Virus record (IMG/VR): IMGVR_UViG_3300031774_000001
Strand: one strand, 5' to 3'
Origin: a virus
Length of the DNA: 64,000 nt
Each line of letters starts with the position of its first letter. Within the stretch, counting starts at the first letter, position 1. The notes under the pieces are model-generated. The model did not search any database, was not told the DNA's origin, and saw only the letters and a list, made by a program, of their open reading frames with translations. The translations under genes and the position numbers were made by a program. Positions 57,582 to 64,000 of this stretch are shown here, piece by piece.

Positions 57582-57961
57582 TGGCAACAAAAATTAAACC
57601 ATATCGTTCAGAAGTAGCAACTCGTATTCCATCAGCAAGTAATATGGATATCGGTGAGTTGGCAATGAATATTCAAGATGGTAAGTTCTATACAAAAACA
57701 TCTGTTGGACAAATTAAAGAGTTAGGTGGTGCAGGATCAATTACTTTGCAAGACGTAACTGCTAACGGTTCAATTACAGATAGAACAATCACTATGAACG
57801 GTGCAAATTTTATTTTTGAAGGTAATTTAGAAGACGCTTTTGAAACTACTTTAACAATAGATGAACCAACAGCAGACAATCAATTAAAATTACCTAACGC
57901 TTCAGGTACTCTTGGTACGCAAGATGACGCTTTAGCATATTCTGTAGTATTTGGTTCGTAG
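57581..57961 (+). CDS. short fibre-related protein
   Basis: P......GELA.N..DGK.Y, TLQDVT.NG, PTAD....LPNASGT. Confidence 0.7.
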   Translation: MATKIKPYRSEVATRIPSASNMDIGELAMNIQDGKFYTKTSVGQIKELGGAGSITLQDVTANGSITDRTITMNGANFIFEGNLEDAFETTLTIDEPTADNQLKLPNASGTLGTQDDALAYSVVFGS

Positions 57962-57969
57962 GATAAATT

Positions 57970-58341
57970 ATGGCAAGTATATTTAAGAATTCAGGAATAA
58001 CAGTTCCAGTAGTAGATGATTCAACAGGTGATATGTACCAAGCTTCTAATACTGAAAAAGCAGTAATTCACGCATTATTCATTTCAAATAGAAGTGAATA
58101 TAGTATAGCAAGAGTTAATGTAAAAGTTACAATAGATGGTGCAAAAAATACAAATACTAATCCAACAAATTTTGTATTTGTTGCTAAAAATTTAGAGGTT
58201 CCTGTGGGTAACACATTGACACTAGATAAACCGATAAATTTAGAAAACAATGATATATTAAGAGTAACTGCTGAACCTTCTCCTGATTCAACTTCTGTTG
58301 ATGTGGAGGCGTTTGCTAGTATTTTGGCAATGACAGAATAG
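57970..58341 (+). CDS. virion structural protein
   Basis: MAS.FKN, L.ISN, VP.G.TL, LE..D.L.V, ASIL. Confidence 0.7.
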   Translation: MASIFKNSGITVPVVDDSTGDMYQASNTEKAVIHALFISNRSEYSIARVNVKVTIDGAKNTNTNPTNFVFVAKNLEVPVGNTLTLDKPINLENNDILRVTAEPSPDSTSVDVEAFASILAMTE

Positions 58342-58382
58342 AAAAAATGAGAAAAATAAATATTAAAAATTAGAGAGAATCA

Positions 58383-59009
58383 ATGGCTTATTTAGTACCA
58401 GGAACAACAGGAATAAAATACTTAAAACAATTCAATGGAATAAGACGTACAAAGGAAGGTATGTTATACCTAACTTCTGTAAATCCTAACCAAAGCAATG
58501 ACGCAATTGAAGTATCAAAATATTTTGAAGATGGAAAATCAGATGCTGTTGGAAGAGACCAAACAGATTACGTTGAAGAAAGATTAGAAATGTTAAATGT
58601 TCAATATTTCACAGGTGATGGTTCAACTAAAGCATTTACTATCTCAAATCCAGTATTAAACGAAACAAGACTAGCATTATTTTTAGATGGTGTTAAACAA
58701 CAACCTTATTCAGACTGGTCTTTATCAAATGGTAATCAGATAAATTTCGTACTAATTCCTAGTGCTAGTGCTAGTATTGTGGTTGGTGTAGTTAAGAGAA
58801 GATACTACAATAATGACAGCGATAAGTTTCAACAAATTAATTATTCAGACGATACTACAACTAGTTTTCTTATAAATAGTACTAGTGGAGATTTAGTTAA
58901 AAGAAGTAAAAAGGGAGTTACAAGGTCAGCAGAAACAACAGACGACTTTGAAACTTTTGAAAGCACAACGGCAAGTGTAGCTACAACAACATACCAAAGT
59001 GCTGTTTAA
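58383..59009 (+). CDS. virion structural protein
   Basis: FTGDGST.AF...LDGV.Q.P..D domain. Confidence 0.7.
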   Translation: MAYLVPGTTGIKYLKQFNGIRRTKEGMLYLTSVNPNQSNDAIEVSKYFEDGKSDAVGRDQTDYVEERLEMLNVQYFTGDGSTKAFTISNPVLNETRLALFLDGVKQQPYSDWSLSNGNQINFVLIPSASASIVVGVVKRRYYNNDSDKFQQINYSDDTTTSFLINSTSGDLVKRSKKGVTRSAETTDDFETFESTTASVATTTYQSAV

Positions 59010-59040
59010 AATGTATAAATATTAGGGAAAAAGAGAGAAA

Positions 59041-62000
59041 ATGGCAGATTTCAAACTAGGACGAATAAAATTTAAATGGAGAGGTGATTGGCAAGCAAGC
59101 ACCACTTACTCACTTGATGATATAGCAAAATATGGTGGTAATACTTATGTGTGTATTCAAAACCACGTATCACCAGCAGCCGAAACAGATTTTTATACAA
59201 GTCCTGGAACATATACAGATTACTGGCAAGTACACGGCGAATCAGTTTATTTCAAAGGTGCTTATGCCAATGCAACTTGGTACAAATTAAACGACCTAGT
59301 TAGTTATGGTGGTAAACAGTACCGTTGTACAACAGCTCACACATCAGCAAGTTTAGTTTTAGACTCTGCAAAATTTGAACAATTTGTAGATAGTATTAAC
59401 TTTACAGGTGATTATGCTTCTTCAACTCAATACAAATTAAATGATATAGTTAAATACGGTGGAAGACAATATAGATGTACAACTGAATACACATCAGCAG
59501 CTGGTGGTGATCCAAATATAGACTTAACAAAATTTACTTTATTTAGTGAAGGTTTAGCATTTAAAGGCGACTTTCAAGTTAACACATTTTACAAATTAGA
59601 TGACGTTGTAAAATTTGGTTCATACCAATATAGATGTACAACTGCTCATACTTCAGGTGCCAATCAATCAGATTTCGCTCAAGCAAACTTTTCTGTTTAT
59701 TCAGAAGGTTTACAATTTGAAGATTCTTATAATGCTTCAACTCTTTACTCAAAAGGAGATGTAGTAACTTATGGTGGATATTCTTATGCATATATTAATG
59801 CTGAAGAATCTACAGGACAAACTCCTGCCGACAATTCTTATTGGGATGTAATAACAACAGGTTTCAATGCAACTGGACTTTATGTCCACGGAACATTATA
59901 CAAAACTGGTGATACAGTTCAGTATGGTGGTAATTCTTATGTCTGTATATTAGACGCACAAAATCAAAGACCATCACAAGCAAGTGGTGCTGTTAATTCA
60001 ACTTATTGGAAAGGTGTTGTAGAAGGATTTAAATGGCAAGGTAACTATAGTGCTGTTACAACATACACTATTGGCGATACAGTAAGATTTGCTTCAAACT
60101 CATATGTTAATTTAAAAGACCAAGTTCTAAATGTAGAACCAGGATCAGACGCAACTACTTGGCAAGCAATTGCTCAAGGAGATACTGCTGCTGTAATGAC
60201 ATCAATCGGAGATATGATTGTTCAAGATGGTGGTGGTGTTGCAAGATTACCTCTCGGACTTCCAGGTGGTGTATTAACTAATGATGGAGATGATATTTTA
60301 TGGAGTGGAATTTCAGGTAAAAACGTTTTATGGGTTGCTCCTTCAGGAACAGACGGTGGACCAGGAACAGAAGCATTGCCTTATAAAACATTGGCGTATG
60401 CTTGTACACACGCAAAATCAAATTCAATTAGAGAATATGAAAATGTAACTGGTGGTACAGGTGGAACACAAAATTTATATGATGAAGTTCAAGGGTATGC
60501 TTCAAAAGAATTAACAATTACAGCAACTCCTAGTACAACAACACTAGAAATTCAATTAGGAACATCAGCATATGCACACACATATGTTAGTGGTGGTACA
60601 ATTAGAAAAGCAAACGACACTACATTAGCAGTATCAAACGGTGTTTATAATCATAGTACAGGAATTATAACACTTACAACTACAACACACTCATTATCAA
60701 CAGGTGATAAAATTAGAGTATGGGGATTAAATTATACTTGCGCTAAAGGTGCAAAAACTTATCCAGAAGTTGGAAGTCCTTCACTTTATAGAGTTAATAC
60801 AAGTGGCGGAGTTTTAAAAATAGACATTGTTAACGGCGGTGCTAAACACAATGTAGGTGATAAAATTAGAATTGATGGTGCAGATATCGGTGGTGCAACT
60901 GCCTTAAATTTTGATGTTAAGAGTGTTGCAGGAGATATAATCAGAATTAAAAACGGTACTTTTAAAGAAAAATTACCAATGGTAGTACAAGAAAACGTTT
61001 CTGTAGTTGGTGAATCTTTAAGAAATACAATAATAATGCCAGCAAGTGGAACTGGTTCTCAAATTAAAACAATAGAATTAACTAATAACGTAAATAGTGC
61101 TACTAACGGACAATACAAATATTTACACCCGAAGAAAGTAGAAAAACCTTATACAGTTCAAACTGTAGATAACGCAACTACATTTACAATTGATGTTGGT
61201 ACAGACGCTAGAGCTCACACATATGTTGATGGTGGAACAGTTACAAAATCCGACTATGCTTCTTTAGATATAACTAACGCTGTTTACAATAATGGCACAG
61301 GAATTATTACAATAACAACTGCTTCAGCACATAGTTTATCAGCAAGTGATGTTGTTAAAATAGCAAATATAAAATATCATTGTAAAGATGGTGAAAAGAT
61401 TTATCCAAAAGTTGGAACTGGTTCAGTATGGAGTGTAGTTGTAAAAGGTGGAATTGCAGAAGAAATTATAACATACCACGGTGGTGCAGGTTATCACGTT
61501 GGTGAAGTAATTACATTAGCAGCTGCTGATGTTGGTAACGGTGGCGACTTAACATTTACAGTTAAATCTTTAGAAGATAACAACGCTTCAAATATGTTCT
61601 TATTAAATGATAGGAACAATATGAGAAATATGACTTTCGTAGGTCTTTCTGGACAAAAACGTTCTGGAGGATTATACAAAGTAACACAGGTTGGTTCAAC
61701 AACTCAATTTGTAGTTTCTTTAGGAACTTCACAATACGCTCACACTTATATTAGTGGCGGTGGAGTAATAAAAGTTGGCGCAGAAGGAACTAGATTCACT
61801 CTTGCTAACGCTAGTTATGCACACTCAAATGGTGATATGACAATAACTACAAACGAAGTAAACGGTTTAACAGTTGGTGATTATGTAACTCTTGGAAAAA
61901 TGAAATTTACTTGCGAATTAGGTGAGAAAATATATCCAAGTGGTCCAATACAACAAGCGATTATGTCTTTAGACCCAGCAGGAAATATTAAAAACAAATC

Positions 62001-63693
62001 ACCATATATGCAAAACTGTACATCTGTTAACCCAGGTGCCTGCGGAATGCAAATTGACGGTAATCTTCACAAAAATACTCACACGGAATCATTTAAATCA
62101 ATGTTGGGTAATGACTTTACTCAAATCAATGATGATGGTATCGGTATTCACATCCTAGGAAAAGGACGTTGTGAGGCAGTATCAGTATTCGTATACTATT
62201 GTGAAAAAGCTGTTTATGCTGAATCAGGTGGATTTATAAGAGCTCTAAACTGTTCTCACTCTTACGGTGAACAAGCAGTTGTTGCTTCTGGTACAGACGA
62301 AGATGAAACACCAGTCAATGTTCAAACTAGAGGTTTGATGTTGAGTTATGACCATACAACTTTCCAATCTGGTTTTGCTGCTAACGATATAGAAGATTCA
62401 ATTGCAGTACAAGGACAAGGAACTGCTACAATAACAGGTGGTACTTCAGGTGCGACTGCTACACTTTTCAGATACAACGTATCATTAAATTACTTACACA
62501 TAGAAAGTATTACAGGTAATTTCGTACAAGGTGAAACAATTACAATTACAAAAGAAGATACAACAACATTTACAGTTGGTTTATCTGCTACATTTGGAGA
62601 TTCTTCAGCTGCTCAAGCAGGTCAAAGAGGACCTATACTAGCAGTTAAATCAGGTACAACAGCATTAACTTCTTCAAGTATAATTAAATTAGCTGCTAAT
62701 ATTAAATTCTCTGGTCTTTCAAAATACTATAGAGTTGGATTAGTTTCAGAAGAAGATTTAACTAACGGAACTGCTGTAATCAGATTAACAGAAGATATTG
62801 GTTTAAGTAAAGCACAACTTGCTAACGTATCAACTAATATAACAGAAAAATTTTCAAACATAAGATTAACAGGTCACGACTTCTTAAATATTGGTACAGG
62901 AAATTCAACTAAAACAAATTATCCAGGAACGCCTGCACAAGCTAATGACCAATCAGACGAAGTTACAGAAGAAAACGGTGGAAGAGTTTATTGGGTATCA
63001 ACTGACCAAACTGGTGACTTTAGAGTTGGTGATTTATTCAAAATTGAACAAGCTACTGGTACTGCCACTCTTAATGCAGACGCCTTTAACCTTTCAGGAT
63101 TAAGTGAATTAAAACTTGGTTCTATCGGTGCAGAATTAGGTGCCGCTGTAAACGAATTTAGTACAGACCAAACTTTAGGTGGAAATTCTAATACTGCCGT
63201 ACCAACAGAAAGTGCTATATTAGGATATATGACAAGAGATAAAGCTGGTGTCGGTGCTTGGGTTCCTCCAACAGGAACATCAGCACAAAGACCTGGTACT
63301 CCATATGCAGGTGCAATAAGATATAATACATCTTTAGTTGCTTGGGAAGGTTATAACGGATCATCTTGGACAGGTCTTGGTGGCGGAACACCGTGGCAAA
63401 CAATTACAGGTGACGGTTCAACAACAACAACTGCTTCAAGTGGCGGAAGATATTTAGTAAATACAAGTGTATATGCAACTACAGTTAATTTACCTGCTTC
63501 TCCATTAACTGGAGATACAGTTTCGTTTTTAGATGTTAATGGAACGTTTCAAACAAAACCATTAACAGTTGGTAGAAATGGAAATGAAATTATGAATTTA
63601 ACAGAAGATATGACTGCCGAAGTTAATCACGCAGGATTCACTTTAGTGTGGACTGGTGGAACGAACGGTTGGAAATTAGTTGAGGTAGCGTAA
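59041..63693 (+). CDS. long multidomain tail fibre/adhesin
   Basis: MADFKLGRIKF.W; about seven CBM5/12-like W..STTY...D.V.YGG..Y.C repeats; three AHTYV.GG repeats; SPYMQNCTS beta-helix; LPASP..GD C-domain; late promoter at 59014. Confidence 0.85.
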   Translation: MADFKLGRIKFKWRGDWQASTTYSLDDIAKYGGNTYVCIQNHVSPAAETDFYTSPGTYTDYWQVHGESVYFKGAYANATWYKLNDLVSYGGKQYRCTTAHTSASLVLDSAKFEQFVDSINFTGDYASSTQYKLNDIVKYGGRQYRCTTEYTSAAGGDPNIDLTKFTLFSEGLAFKGDFQVNTFYKLDDVVKFGSYQYRCTTAHTSGANQSDFAQANFSVYSEGLQFEDSYNASTLYSKGDVVTYGGYSYAYINAEESTGQTPADNSYWDVITTGFNATGLYVHGTLYKTGDTVQYGGNSYVCILDAQNQRPSQASGAVNSTYWKGVVEGFKWQGNYSAVTTYTIGDTVRFASNSYVNLKDQVLNVEPGSDATTWQAIAQGDTAAVMTSIGDMIVQDGGGVARLPLGLPGGVLTNDGDDILWSGISGKNVLWVAPSGTDGGPGTEALPYKTLAYACTHAKSNSIREYENVTGGTGGTQNLYDEVQGYASKELTITATPSTTTLEIQLGTSAYAHTYVSGGTIRKANDTTLAVSNGVYNHSTGIITLTTTTHSLSTGDKIRVWGLNYTCAKGAKTYPEVGSPSLYRVNTSGGVLKIDIVNGGAKHNVGDKIRIDGADIGGATALNFDVKSVAGDIIRIKNGTFKEKLPMVVQENVSVVGESLRNTIIMPASGTGSQIKTIELTNNVNSATNGQYKYLHPKKVEKPYTVQTVDNATTFTIDVGTDARAHTYVDGGTVTKSDYASLDITNAVYNNGTGIITITTASAHSLSASDVVKIANIKYHCKDGEKIYPKVGTGSVWSVVVKGGIAEEIITYHGGAGYHVGEVITLAAADVGNGGDLTFTVKSLEDNNASNMFLLNDRNNMRNMTFVGLSGQKRSGGLYKVTQVGSTTQFVVSLGTSQYAHTYISGGGVIKVGAEGTRFTLANASYAHSNGDMTITTNEVNGLTVGDYVTLGKMKFTCELGEKIYPSGPIQQAIMSLDPAGNIKNKSPYMQNCTSVNPGACGMQIDGNLHKNTHTESFKSMLGNDFTQINDDGIGIHILGKGRCEAVSVFVYYCEKAVYAESGGFIRALNCSHSYGEQAVVASGTDEDETPVNVQTRGLMLSYDHTTFQSGFAANDIEDSIAVQGQGTATITGGTSGATATLFRYNVSLNYLHIESITGNFVQGETITITKEDTTTFTVGLSATFGDSSAAQAGQRGPILAVKSGTTALTSSSIIKLAANIKFSGLSKYYRVGLVSEEDLTNGTAVIRLTEDIGLSKAQLANVSTNITEKFSNIRLTGHDFLNIGTGNSTKTNYPGTPAQANDQSDEVTEENGGRVYWVSTDQTGDFRVGDLFKIEQATGTATLNADAFNLSGLSELKLGSIGAELGAAVNEFSTDQTLGGNSNTAVPTESAILGYMTRDKAGVGAWVPPTGTSAQRPGTPYAGAIRYNTSLVAWEGYNGSSWTGLGGGTPWQTITGDGSTTTTASSGGRYLVNTSVYATTVNLPASPLTGDTVSFLDVNGTFQTKPLTVGRNGNEIMNLTEDMTAEVNHAGFTLVWTGGTNGWKLVEVA

Positions 63694-63713
63694 TAAATAA
63701 ATATAGGTAACTT

Positions 63714-64000
63714 ATGTCAAAACTTTCACAATTTAGTATAACAACAAAACAAAAAGATGAATTCTATGGATTTCATAGAACTAATCCTGGGCAAACTATT
63801 AATAGAGATATTAAAATAGTTGCTGGTAATCAAGCTGTCTATGAATATAATTTAAGTACAGCATTTGATTCTAGTACAGCAACTTATTCAAAAAGTACTT
63901 CTATTCATACAGAAGATACAAATCCAAGAGAAGTAAGATTTGGTAATAGTGGTCTGAAAATGTATACTGTTGGACATACTGATAAACATATTGATGAGTA
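63714..64000 (+). CDS. partial structural protein with beta-propeller-type repeats (3' truncated)
   Basis: Open to the window end; YEY.LSTAFD.STATY and F.NSG.KMY.VG motifs. Confidence 0.7.
   Translation, partial: MSKLSQFSITTKQKDEFYGFHRTNPGQTINRDIKIVAGNQAVYEYNLSTAFDSSTATYSKSTSIHTEDTNPREVRFGNSGLKMYTVGHTDKHIDE

Noticed and set aside
58871-58878. TATAAATA inside the 58383 gene
   Set aside because: May be a real internal late promoter, but the next gene has its own at 59014 and chance matches are likely in AT-rich DNA
6467-63403. Numerous short minus-strand ORFs in the track
   Set aside because: Antisense shadows of well-supported + strand genes; only g4, 20232-20516 and 24560-24766 have their own signals
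1-64000. Introns, inteins, homing endonucleases, riboswitches or stop-codon reassignment
   Set aside because: None recognised; core genes are intact in the standard code. A covariance-model search was not possible, so small RNAs could be missed

Overview
A 64-kb slice of an AT-rich T4-like myophage genome. The host is probably a marine alphaproteobacterium, most likely SAR11/Pelagibacter-like; this is inferred from an alpha-type permuted tmRNA, an alpha-type LexA box and the host-like genes. Almost all genes are on the + strand. From the start, the window contains: (1) replication and transcription genes (exonuclease, g33, thyX, denV-like, g59, g32) plus a two-piece tmRNA; (2) tail and baseplate genes (g2, g54, g26/g51 with a probable -1 frameshift, tape measure, g4, g48, g53, hub, g5, PAAR, g25, g6, g7, g8, a VrlC-like protein and fibres). 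Three accessory islands interrupt the structural genes. At 9.3-14.2 kb are membrane or lysis-like genes, an amino-acid ABC substrate-binding protein (AapJ) and IscA. At 19.5-25.8 kb are YbaN, HemB, 2OG oxygenases and ribosomal protein bL12. At 42.8-54.8 kb is a tightly packed cluster of about 18 tailoring-enzyme-like genes between fibre genes: epimerase, glycosyltransferases, methyltransferase, radical SAM, nitroreductase, kinase, sulfotransferase, 2OG oxygenases, PLP enzymes and GNATs. Notable sequence-level signals are a GGCC-rich, repeat-bounded region around g5 that may be an origin, context-dependent avoidance of CATG/GATC/GCATC, and several apparently leaderless transcripts. All calls come from motif and synteny recognition by eye; no searches were run.
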